DNA of 64,000 nt. It comes from Hormiphora californensis (lineage: Eukaryota; Animalia; Ctenophora). The position numbers and the translations under genes are program-made. The stretch lies in the NCBI GenBank assembly GCA_020137815.1, contig CM035360.1, forward strand, positions 4,774,001 to 4,838,000. Reading direction: 5' to 3'. Below, piece by piece: positions 38,837 through 50,009 of the stretch (positions are counted from its first letter, which is position 1; each line of letters begins with the position of its first letter). Below the pieces are notes generated by a model, which ran no database searches, had not been told where the DNA came from, and saw nothing but the letters and a program-made list of their open reading frames with translations.

Positions 38837-40573
38837 CTAGAACTGCATGGTGGCTTGTTCAATAAGGGTACACCCCCTCAACCCTCCCCTCTTCTCCAGA
38901 TACTCTCTCACATCAGCGAAATCATACCGAACAGCCTCGTCCAGGGGTGTGCTGTTCCACCTATCGAGAGGGTTAACATTTACCCTTCCCTTGGTCAACA
39001 GGAACTTCACCACATTTAAATGTCCGTTACACACGGCGAGATGTAGCGCAGTTCTGTTGTCATAGTCCGCCATATTGAAGTCCACCCCTATCTCAATATA
39101 CCGAGTTAGCAGCACCATATCGTTGTTACTGGCAGCACTCAGCATGTTGTTAATCTGCATCTCCCTCGTCTCCTGCCTGATCTGTAACCTGGGATCTATC
39201 TTCTTCACGGACCCTTGGACAGTATCGAACTGGTGGAATGAGAACTTCTCGATCAACTTCTTGGCGAACAAGATTCCTTTGTAGCTGTTCCCCAACTCAT
39301 CAAGGGGTGGTGACCAGGCACAGATGCCCATTACACCCGGAATGACAATGAAGATGGAGCCTGCTACCCCGGATTTCGCAGGGAGACCGACCTCGAAGGA
39401 CCATTCTCCGGAGTAGTCATACATTCCACAACTGTACATGAGGGAGAGGGTGTTCCTGACGGCATCAGCCGTTACGCAGACTTCCTTGGTCGTTGGGCAG
39501 ACGCCACCGTTTGCTAGTGTGGCACTAATCACTGCAGCGGAGTCTGCAGTGGCCTCAACAGAACACAGCTGGAAGTAGAGGTCCAGAGTTTCATGGAGGT
39601 TTGTGTTTTCTGGGAAGACGCCATGCTCTTTGAGGTAGTAACCGATGGCAAAGTTACGGTCTGCCTCTGACTTCTCAGACAGGAATGTTGCATTGCTAAA
39701 TCCAATGAACTCTCCTCCTGCCATCTTTTTGTATTCTTCTGTTGTGTAGTCAAACCTGTCTGCCAGACTCCACTCCTTCTTGATGACGCTACAACAGCTG
39801 ATCGCTCCAGGATTGATCATTGGATTGTGAGGGAGACCGTTCTTGTCCAGGCCAATCTGGTTGAAGCCAACTCCACTTGGCTCCTTTCCAAGGTGCCTAT
39901 GGACCAAGTCAGGTCCGTGCTCAGCAACATTGATGGCATAGTTTAGCGCCTTGCTGCAAGACTGGATGCAGAATGGTACATCCGTATCACCTATTGAGAA
40001 CTTTTGTCCATCAATCGTGCAAATAGAGATGCCCCAGTAATTTGGGTTCACTCTCGAGAGTTGGGGGATATAATCTGCGTTTTTGCCACCCTTCACCTCC
40101 TTCAGATCATCATATATCTGCTTGATTTCTTTGGCAAAGGCAGGGAAGTCTGGTATGACAAGGTTAGAACTCAGAGCCTGGTTGAGAATGAAAACACAAT
40201 CCTTTGCCGCAGATTTAAACTCCTCCTTGGTGACGTATTTCTTTACGCCAATCTCACTCTGAATGAAAAGTCCGTTCGGGTCAACTGAGAGTTTCAGCAT
40301 CATGCTCTCCAGTCTAATATCACTGAAAGGTTTGATCCCATTCCGTTTTAGTTGAGCCAGGACCTTGTGAACCATTATCTTTCCATCCTCATCCTGGAAC
40401 AGGCCCAGCAGGGACTCACTAATATCAGTAGTGTCATCCCCTGCATCTGAGTGCATGGAGAGTCCAGCGAGCCCATCTATAACCTGGGTCTCCAGAGATG
40501 GGCTTACTTTAAAATCTGGTGTGGATGTCTTTATATCACCATTTTGGACAGACGGACGGGTCTCTGTTTGCAT
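38837..40573 (-). CDS. GLS: Glutaminase A (KGA-type: EF-hand-like N-domain, catalytic domain, ankyrin repeats), intronless CDS, 578 aa
   Basis: ADYIPQL, FCIQSCSK (SxxK), HNPMIN, SE..ADRN, LYFQLCS, SCGMYDYSG, PAKSGVAG, DYDNRTALH, DRWNSTPLD are all present. Confidence 0.96.
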   Translation of the reverse strand: MQTETRPSVQNGDIKTSTPDFKVSPSLETQVIDGLAGLSMHSDAGDDTTDISESLLGLFQDEDGKIMVHKVLAQLKRNGIKPFSDIRLESMMLKLSVDPNGLFIQSEIGVKKYVTKEEFKSAAKDCVFILNQALSSNLVIPDFPAFAKEIKQIYDDLKEVKGGKNADYIPQLSRVNPNYWGISICTIDGQKFSIGDTDVPFCIQSCSKALNYAINVAEHGPDLVHRHLGKEPSGVGFNQIGLDKNGLPHNPMINPGAISCCSVIKKEWSLADRFDYTTEEYKKMAGGEFIGFSNATFLSEKSEADRNFAIGYYLKEHGVFPENTNLHETLDLYFQLCSVEATADSAAVISATLANGGVCPTTKEVCVTADAVRNTLSLMYSCGMYDYSGEWSFEVGLPAKSGVAGSIFIVIPGVMGICAWSPPLDELGNSYKGILFAKKLIEKFSFHQFDTVQGSVKKIDPRLQIRQETREMQINNMLSAASNNDMVLLTRYIEIGVDFNMADYDNRTALHLAVCNGHLNVVKFLLTKGRVNVNPLDRWNSTPLDEAVRYDFADVREYLEKRGGLRGCTLIEQATMQF

Positions 40574-41181
40574 TGGAACTATAATGGGGGTAGGGAAGGG
40601 GGTTAGTTATAAGGCACAGGTCTCTTTTTGGATTTTAACTAAGGGGTAGGGGATGGGGTTTAGTCATTACGGACGAGTCTGGGTTTAAGTTTGAACTAAA
40701 CGGCTTCTGAGGTCTAAATATTTCAAGAAATAAGAAACTAAACAAGTCACTAGTGGAAGGAACGAGAAATGTTAAGGTAGAGCTAAAATATTTTAGAACA
40801 AGGAGTTGAGAAATTCAGCTAAAAAGTAAGAAAAAGAAGAGAGATGTATAATGAGAAAGTTGGGTTGTCGATGAGTGATTTCAATATGGTTTGAGAAATG
40901 TTTATGAATGAATTCCCATTTTCGCACTACCATCTAGCCATAGAATTCAACTAAACGTAGCTTAAGAAGAATGTTGTCAGCTTAACCACGATTATACATA
41001 CTATCCCGCATGCACGACACAGGTCCAGATTCAAGCACAGATCTTTCCATGCACTTTCCATGCTACTGCAGATGATTTAAAAACTAAAAAAGTTTGTCAG
41101 AATTTATCACATCAAGTTTCTAAATTTGTAGTGTTCTAATCAAGTTTGAATTCATTATATTGCAAGAGTTGTTGTCTTCTC

Positions 41182-42939
41182 TCAATATTGGACGGCTGCT
41201 TCAATGACCAGCTCAGATCCACACTTCCCACCCCTCTTCTTCAGGTAACTAATCACCTCATTCTCCTGAGACTCCTTAGCATCATCCATGGGTGTAGCGT
41301 TCATCCTATCAATTGGGTTCACCTTCACCTTAGCCTTATCGATCAGGAACTTAACAACCTGTAAGTTACCAGCGGCCGAGGCGAGGTGGAGTGGGGTTCT
41401 CTGATCGTAGTCCGACATGTTGAAATCAATTCCTATCTCAAAGTACTTGGTGAGGAGAACCATATCGTTGTTGTTTGCGGCGGAAATGAGGTTCAGAATC
41501 TGGATCTCTTTACTCTCGAATCTCTGGTTTCGGCGGGGGTCTATCTTCTCGCTCTCTGACATGAAGATGTCAAAGGGGTGGAAAGAAAACTTATCGACCA
41601 GTTTCTTGGCAAACTCGATACCCTTGAAGCTGTTTCCTAGCACGTCCAGGGGCGGTGACCACACACAGATACCCATCACATCAGGGATGACCATGAAGAT
41701 GGATCCCGCCACCCCGGATTTCGCTGGGACACCCACCTCGAAGGACCATTCCCCGGAATAATCGTACATTCCGCAGGAAAACATGAGGGAGAGGGTGTTC
41801 CTGACTGCGTCTGGAGTGATACAGACTTCTTTGGTGGTTGGGCAGACGCCACCGTTTGCTAGTGTGGCACTGATCACTGCAGCGGAGTCTGCAGTGGCCT
41901 CAACAGAACACAGCTGGAAGTAGAGGTCCAGGGTTTCATGGAGGTTTGTGTTTTCTGGGAAGACGCCATGCTCTTTGAGGTAGTAACCGATGGCAAAGTT
42001 ACGGTCTGCCTCCGACTTCTCAGACAGGAAAGTGGCATTGCTAAATCCAATGAATTCTCCTCCTGCCATTTGTTTGTATTTCTCAATCGTGTGATCAAAC
42101 CTGTCCGCCAGACTCCAATCCTTCTTGATAACGCTGCAACAACTGATCGCTCCAGGATTGATCATGGGATTGTGAGGGAGACCGTTCTTGTCCAGGCCGA
42201 TCTGGTTGAAGCCAACTCCACTTGGCTCCTTTCCAAGGTGCCTATGGACCAAGTCCGGTCCGTGCTCAGCTACATTCATGGCGTAGTTGAGTGCTTTACT
42301 GCAAGACTGGATACAGAATGGGATCTTTGTATCACCAATAGAGAACCTCTGCCCATCCACCGTACACACAGAGATTCCCCAAAAATCTGGGTTAATCCTC
42401 GCTAACTGGGGTATGTAGTCAGCATTCTTTCCACCCTTCACATCTTTTAGATCTTCGTAAATTTGCTTGATCTCCTGGCAGAAACTGGTAAAGTCTGGAA
42501 TTACCATGTTGGCGGAGAGAGCAGAGTTGAGCACATCCGCACAGCAGGCTGAGGCCCTGATGAAATCACTCCTACTCATCTGCTTCTTCACCCCTATCTC
42601 GCTGGGGATGGTCAGTCCAGCTGGGTCAATGGACAAGTTATCCATCATCTCGATGAGTCGTGGGTCTTGGAAGGGCCGGATTCCATTCTTCTTCAACTGA
42701 GCTAGGATCTTGTGAACCAGGACCATATCATCATCTGTTGTATAAAGTGAGAGCAGGTTCTCATTGAAAGTACTGGTGGTCTTGGTGCTCTTTGTGGAGA
42801 AGTGATCTGGGGTGCTCGACCCGTTGAAGCTCCCATCTGTAATGGTCAGATCATCTCTCAGGGTAGTCTTCAGACTCTCAACCCCGCTATCGTCAGGATC
42901 GTTGATCTGGATCTTTGGGGTGGACGTTATCATGGCCAT
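41182..42939 (-). CDS. GLS: Glutaminase B (KGA-type with ankyrin repeats), intronless CDS, 585 aa from the first ATG
   Basis: Same complete motif set as copy A. The first ATG is at 42939, just downstream of a pyrimidine tract + CAG; the ORF-track start at 42996 is a TTG. Confidence 0.96.
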   Translation of the reverse strand: MAMITSTPKIQINDPDDSGVESLKTTLRDDLTITDGSFNGSSTPDHFSTKSTKTTSTFNENLLSLYTTDDDMVLVHKILAQLKKNGIRPFQDPRLIEMMDNLSIDPAGLTIPSEIGVKKQMSRSDFIRASACCADVLNSALSANMVIPDFTSFCQEIKQIYEDLKDVKGGKNADYIPQLARINPDFWGISVCTVDGQRFSIGDTKIPFCIQSCSKALNYAMNVAEHGPDLVHRHLGKEPSGVGFNQIGLDKNGLPHNPMINPGAISCCSVIKKDWSLADRFDHTIEKYKQMAGGEFIGFSNATFLSEKSEADRNFAIGYYLKEHGVFPENTNLHETLDLYFQLCSVEATADSAAVISATLANGGVCPTTKEVCITPDAVRNTLSLMFSCGMYDYSGEWSFEVGVPAKSGVAGSIFMVIPDVMGICVWSPPLDVLGNSFKGIEFAKKLVDKFSFHPFDIFMSESEKIDPRRNQRFESKEIQILNLISAANNNDMVLLTKYFEIGIDFNMSDYDQRTPLHLASAAGNLQVVKFLIDKAKVKVNPIDRMNATPMDDAKESQENEVISYLKKRGGKCGSELVIEAAVQY

Positions 42940-44286
42940 CAGCAGCTGGGAGAGGGTATTTATTGGTAATATATAGCCAGAAGCTCTTGGCAACAAGATC
43001 GGGTAATAACAAGCTGCTATATACTAGCGGAGACAGAAGCTTTGTGGAATGAGGCAAGGTAAGAAGAGGTATAGTACGCGGTTACTGGTGGCAGTTATGT
43101 AAATATTAGGCTACACACCATGGGGAGGGGTAAGAGAGACCAGGGAACATATTGTACAACTAGGATGTAGGTTAGGGAGCATGTTATAGACATTATGTAG
43201 GGAGCATGTTATAGACATTATGTATTGCATGGTATAGTAAGCAATTTAGAGGCCCACATTGTGACAGCTTGGTCTTCGGAATAATCTAATTCACCCTCGT
43301 GGGGTTATATAGAAAGGAGCAAAGTTGTGCAATCACCTCAGGATGAATAATCTATTCTTCCGAGGGGGAGAGAGAGCCAGGAAAGAGGTCCTTAATGATC
43401 GCCCTCAAAGGCCAAGCCGCTTTTCATTTTGACAAATAGATCAAGCTATATTTGACCGGTTAAGTTCACGGTATAATAATAACGGCGCGTGCTGCGGGTC
43501 AATTGACTCGTGCGTGTGTGGTAGTAGCAGCAGCAAAAACAAACTAAGAGATCACTAGATGGCGGCTGCAGGAAGGAGAAATAGCCGCATATTGTGCTGC
43601 GGAGAACAGGTCGGGTGGGGGTGTCGCGTGATGAAACAGTGTGACACGTCCTGCAAGGAGAGATGATACAGCTGATCCCACTCTCTCTCTCTCTATGTGG
43701 ACATGGTAGTTGAAGTGAGAAGGGGTAGCGGTAGTTGGAGGGTAATTCATCTCTCTCTCTCTCTGGATCAAAAGATAGGAAGGTGAAGCTCTTCATACCT
43801 CTCAAGAATAACTCCGTCTCCTTCACAACAAGAACTGGAACCAGTCTGCTGGATATGAAGTAGAGAGAGTAGAAGTAACATGCAGCGAGTTGATTCTGGA
43901 AATTCTCCGGAACTGAAACGTGTGTGTATGCACACCAAATTTAAGATGAAAGAAACCAAGGAATGCATGGAGATGATCCGGATATCACAGGTTACAACAA
44001 ATCTGTCAAACCACCGTCAATGCATCTGGTTACTCCTCCTCAACATCCGTTTCTTGTCTTGGTCTCAGGAGCAATTATAATGTGATCAAAATAGAAACAT
44101 CATGACATTGTGTAAAATGAAGATGATGGTAAATCAGGACTAAATTGAGCAAATCAGATGTAAACAGCTGAATAAATGTGTAGTGATGTGCACTGTGCAG
44201 GAGTGATGGTCTTGCGTGTGGTGGGTCTAAATCGGTCGACGGTCATGGTGGTAAGTCTTGTGTAAAGAGAGAAGGATAGGGAGAGA

Positions 44287-44337
<51 letters not shown>

Positions 44338-44398
44338 TGTGTGTGTGTGAGTGAGAGAGAGAGTGTGTGTGTGAGTGAGAGAGAGAGAGAGAGAGAAA

Positions 44399-44476
<78 letters not shown>

Positions 44477-45221
44477 ATACAAACAGAGATTGTGCATGCA
44501 GATGTGGTCAAGAGAAACACATGCCTACAAATCTCATCGTGAAAAATTATTAGGATTTACACATAAACTATTGCTAAAACAAGCAGTAAACAAAATGAAA
44601 AATGACAAAATAAACAATGCATTATATGGAACGAAAGATGTGCCTTGCTATTAATTGCCCATGGCTTAGTTGGCTTATTCTTCTTCTTCAGTGTTCTAAT
44701 ATTGTCCTAATATCAGACCATATATATGAGAGGAGGTAAGATGCACATTGTACATGCGTATACTGAACGAGAGAGTAAACAAGCAAACGAAATGGCCTGC
44801 TATATAAGTTGCATGAGTTTTCACATATAACGCGATCTATGATAAGAGAAGAGCTCATATTATTATTAGGTACAACATATAAGTACACTGTAATAGTACT
44901 ACAGACATTGCCATACATCTATTGGACTGTCTACGTAATTTATGTACAGGAGAGCACACACGTGCCCTTTATATCATAAGAGAAGGATGGATGTAGGTTA
45001 ATGACAGAAGGAAATGACAGAAGGAAACAAGAAGAGAGATTTAGATCATGGCTTGTAACGTACATAGGCACGTGCAGCCGGGAGGTGATATATAGAACAA
45101 CTGTGCAAGGTGCTACCCTTCTTGTACCAGTACAGTTCAAGCAGCTGTAGTAGATCCTCACAAAATAACAATAACAAACAAACTCCACGCCCCACTAGAT
45201 AGTGATCGCCCCACTTATATA

Positions 45222-45320
45222 CAGTTGGACCCCGATTTACCGGGCCCCGATTTACCGGAACCCCGATTTACCGGGCAAAACCCTTTCCCCCGAGCATCCC
45301 GGTAAATCGGGGTCTGACTG
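45222..45320. mobile_element. 99-bp CAGTCGG-family MITE (inverted relative to 10946)
   Basis: TA TSD, TIRs and the same internal repeats. Confidence 0.9.
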
Positions 45321-46390
45321 TATATGGTGATCGCCACCACACTATAGATGGTGATCAATAGATCTGCTGTGTGGAATTCGAGAGAGAGGAGAGAGACAGA
45401 TTGCTTGTCATACGTGGTGGAGAGATGAGATGAGGTCATATGGAAAGATTCAGAGATATATATTGGAGTTTTGCCAATTATACTATTGAACAATTACAAA
45501 CTCAATGCCATAGATTCTAGAACAATGTAAACACTGTGCCGGCAAGAACAATGTGCAGCACTCAGCAGCGACAGTGGATTAATTGAAGGTGGTTTGTGAG
45601 ATTAGTTAGAGTTAATGTACACGTGGTGTTGCTATTTTAGGCAGGGAAAGAGCGAGTTGTGTTTAGAGCGACATGTTTCGCATAATCCAGCCGGATAATC
45701 TTGCCTTGTTCGACCCTGTCTCAGATCACAAGGATAATCACATGAATTATTTTCAACCAATCATAGGATAGAAACTCCTTCATTTTCACTCAGATTCACA
45801 GAACAGTACCGTAGAATTAGGAGGTGGCAATGGACAGGTAAAATGGGGTACAAGAATAATAACTCGCACATACAACAGCTATAATACAAGCACTGATACC
45901 TTCAAACAGAGCGAGATAGAATTGACAAGCATGGTCGCTCTCTGATTACTCTCTCTTCAATTCTTTAAAAACATTCTTTCAACTTCTGTATCTCTTCATC
46001 TGGAACTCTCTTTCACAAAACCGGTTTTTATACATGTTGTTTTAGCGAAAACGTTCTCGAATTATAGACGCGGTCGAGTCCGGTGATCAATGCTATCTTT
46101 TTTGAAATTTGGGCTACGAGTATAATTGTACTTTTTTCATTTTGCAGACAAAAACTTCCGAAGAAATATTGGAGAAAGAAATTTTTAAATTTTTTCCAAA
46201 ATGTAGTATTTCTTACCATACTTTTTTGTTTATGAGATACATATTGTGTAAAATATCATTTCTTCGATAACATAATATGTGGCCACTATCATATTCTTGA
46301 GGCACATGGCCTAGTGAGGTGTACAGTGTACACATGTGCATATTCACAAACAAACAAACGAACAAACCGACATGCTATAAAGCCACGTAC

Positions 46391-49300
46391 CTTATAATTG
46401 TCGGGACAGACTGAAGCTCGATAACTTGGTCTGGCGTTGAGACTCCATTAGTTTTCAGAGTTGTGGGGGGTATGGGAAGGGGACCTGTTGTTGTCTCAGA
46501 TGACACAACTTCAGATATCGTTTCCGCCAGCTCAATAACTCCCGAACCTGGGGAGAGGGGGTTGATTAATTGATTAACTGTCAATTAACTGTCAATTAAT
46601 TGGATGGGATGAATGGTTTAGTGCTATGATTCATTGGAATGCAATATACCCCCGGACCCCCTCCCCCGTAATTTGTACTGCCATCCATTCAGGAAGACGT
46701 ATATTGAATGCTGCGTCGTATATTCCAGTGTTTATACAAGTGATCCTCGAGAATTGCAAAAAGTGGTAAAACCGGTTCCACGGGATTCTCCAGGGGGAGA
46801 TAGTTTCCCAAAGTTAGAAAGAGGAATGGAAGAGGTGAAGAGAGACAGAAGTAGAGAGAACGAGACGGTTTCAAAATGGGTGACAGATGGCAAGGAGTAG
46901 ACCGCGAACAACTAGCTAGCAAAATAAATACCTAAAGGAATTTGGATCAGTTCCAAAACTGAATTGTGTACCAGTTTGTTTTCCGAAGGAGCAATTATAT
47001 AATTGTTTATGAAGGAGCAATTATACTCACTTGCACGCCTAAAGAAGACCGAAGCTTGTGTTGAAACTGATGCTTCGTCAAAACCTATAAGACAAGAGGG
47101 CATGACTGAGCAAAGTACAATAAACGCATTGACTGGGTTATAAGGTGCAATAATATCTTCAAGAAGTCACATATTGCACATCATGCCCAACATTTATTGG
47201 ATTTGAAAAGGCACACACTACAACATGTACTGATCGGCAAGACAAGGGAGTTCTTGTCCGACAAATTTCAGTTTCAATTTCAGTACTTTTTCTGGAGGCT
47301 TGTCGAATGAGTGTCCGCATGCTATCATCCTCAGGAATCCTTCCAATTGATCCAGCGTGGAATGAAGCAGATCTCCGAGAGAGGGTCCTGCTATTGGTAT
47401 ACTGACCTGAGCTACCCGCGGACATGTTGTACCCTACAATTTAAATGAGGTCTAATTTAGGACGGGTCCACAGAATTGCACTAATCACACACGCAAGCAG
47501 GTAAACAAGGTACAAGTTGTGACAAAGTAGACTGAGTCTTTCAAGCTTAACAATAGCAGTTGTGTGTACTAGGAGAGTATTATAATAGCAGCAACTCGCG
47601 GAGATCGATTCGTAAACGATGGCGTAGCTTCGAGAGGGATATATTGATTGATCAACGAGATCGATAGAGATCGAGAGATGGAAAGTGAGTGTGAGAGAGA
47701 GAGAGAGAAAGTGAGCGGGAGAGAACTGCAAAGAAATGGCTCGAGTTAAATGACCACTGCATGTGCTGACTCGATGTTGAGTGTGGCCCACATCAGAAGT
47801 ATTATAGATCATGAGTGTGATAAAAATTACTCTGAGATTATCTCGCAGTAATGTTCATCTTAGGAAAGATCAGAGGAAATTAGAAATATTAGGTAGAGAG
47901 GTAGAAAGATTAAGACGGATAGATGGAGGGAGAGTGTTAGCGAGAGAGAAAGAGATAGAGAGAGATAGTCATAGTAGAGAAACCATGATAGAAAGGCCAA
48001 GGTAAGGACAGTGTAACAGAGAGAATAAGCCGCAATAAGTAAGGACACACTCGTGCGAGATGATGCAGCAGCACAAAGCAGTCTCAGTCAAATGTTTGAA
48101 TATTATAGTATTCAAACGTTTGACCGAGTCTAATATATTGGATACACAGATTAATCGGCCAATGTAAAGGATAAAGAGTAGACACTATTATAATAACCCT
48201 AGGCCTAGGATAAACGCATTCAGTATAACCTGAGGCCTCACTATTCACAAGCACATGAGAGTCGAGGGCGAGGAATTCAACATCGCCCATCAACAGTTGG
48301 CACATATATTTATATGTCTCGATTATTAGCTAGGAGTAATACTTATCTATACAGCTCAGTTCACTTATCCAATACATTCAAAGAGAAAGTCTTGGATAAT
48401 CTATGGCCTATGCATCATGGTATCTCTCTATGCTATTATTCCCCGAAACAGTATGCTTTTCTCGGAAGTCATGCAGTCATTTGGTTAGGAACACGTGGCT
48501 AAGATTCACATGAAGTAGTCTGGTGAGGTTAATACAACAGTTTATGTATACGAGATATAGAGAGAGGTCTAGGAGACTCTGGAGACTTGACGAGAAAACG
48601 AAGAAGGAGCCATGAGATTCGATGTACGCTCAAAACTTGAGGGGCCTTATATCAAGCCGTTCGTATACTTTTACATTTGCAACGGTTGTAAGAAAAGTTC
48701 AAGTGAGCCAATTAGCATACTTGCATGTCGTAGTAGGGTCTTTAGCTGTCTCTGGACTTCAAGTGTGGTTATATCCATGATGACATTACGTTCAAGAAGA
48801 AGAGCGATCCAATTGAAAGGAATTATAGAATGGCAAAATATAGTGAGTTGAATATAACATAGGGCATTTATTATTAGATCTCCCACTAGCCGGCAGATGT
48901 GGAGAGAGAGAGATTGTTACTTTAACTAGAGTGAGAGAAGGAGAAAGAGAGATCAGGGAGAGATAGTCTTGGCCGCGAGGGGTATAACAATAGAAGCACA
49001 TTAAACACCCACACTGCACAGTGTAGAACTTGTCCTTTGAATTGTTGTACACTACAGACACAAAACCACATCAGGATGAGTCAATGGAGCGGAGGGGTCC
49101 AATCTCAAAAGGGGGGATATAATATAACTAACATCAAGAGGCTGTGTAGTTAATAACAACTCGTTACTCTCAAAAAGTGGGACAACCCATAAGTACAGTT
49201 GAATTAAGTTTATGCAAGTACAAGTAAATCTAGAGACTGTGAGGCCACAAACAAACGTACCATGATCAGTATTGTCGCAGTAATAGTAGTAAAGCCAAGG

Positions 49301-49959
49301 CGGGGTACCGCAATACTCAATACATATGAACTGATATAGTCCACTATCATGTGTCTACTGTAGTGCAGCATTCCAATATAAAGTGTAATATAACTTTGCA
49401 GACAGTATTATACTTGCCAGTAGGTATAGGTGCTAAAAGAGTGAGAGGAATATCATCACATTTCATTGGTACAGTGGTCGTATGATGTCCATTTTTCTTC
49501 ATTTTTCCGGAGTTATAACAGAAAAAAAACTTTGCAAAAACCAGGGGGTGAGAACAGTTGAAAAAATATAGTCAAAACACGCATTACCGTTCCAATTGAA
49601 TCCAGGTAGAAGGAATGTAGTAATTGGGCTATTATCTCTGCTACTTCTCCTCACTTTACCCCGGATCTCAGTTAGAAGGAGCGGTGGTAACCTCCGTATC
49701 ATATCCACATTCATGGTGTGGATATCAGCTGGTGAAGTGCGCCTTCTGTTTGTTAGGGCGGCCCAAAACTTGATCGATCAGTCCCCTCAGGGGATATCCT
49801 TGTTTTGTTCAAACCCAGGGTCTAGCAAGGATGTCCTCGGTAGATCACGTGATGATGCGACTTGAACAATTCAACTCATTAGCAAAGGTAAAAACTAAAA
49901 AACAAATAACTGACTGCGTGGCGAGCAATATATAGCAATTAAAAATGTAAGTTAATCTT

Positions 49960-50009
<50 letters not shown>

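Noticed and set aside
42940-42996. ORF-track N-terminal extension of glutaminase B (MLPRASG...)
   Set aside because: It starts at TTG and runs through a pyrimidine tract + CAG acceptor, so it is probably intronic.
47159-47425. 88-aa standalone ORF MSAGSSGQY...
   Set aside because: Better explained as a 27-nt internal exon (47407-47433, donor GTCAGT) with read-through. An extended isoform cannot be excluded.
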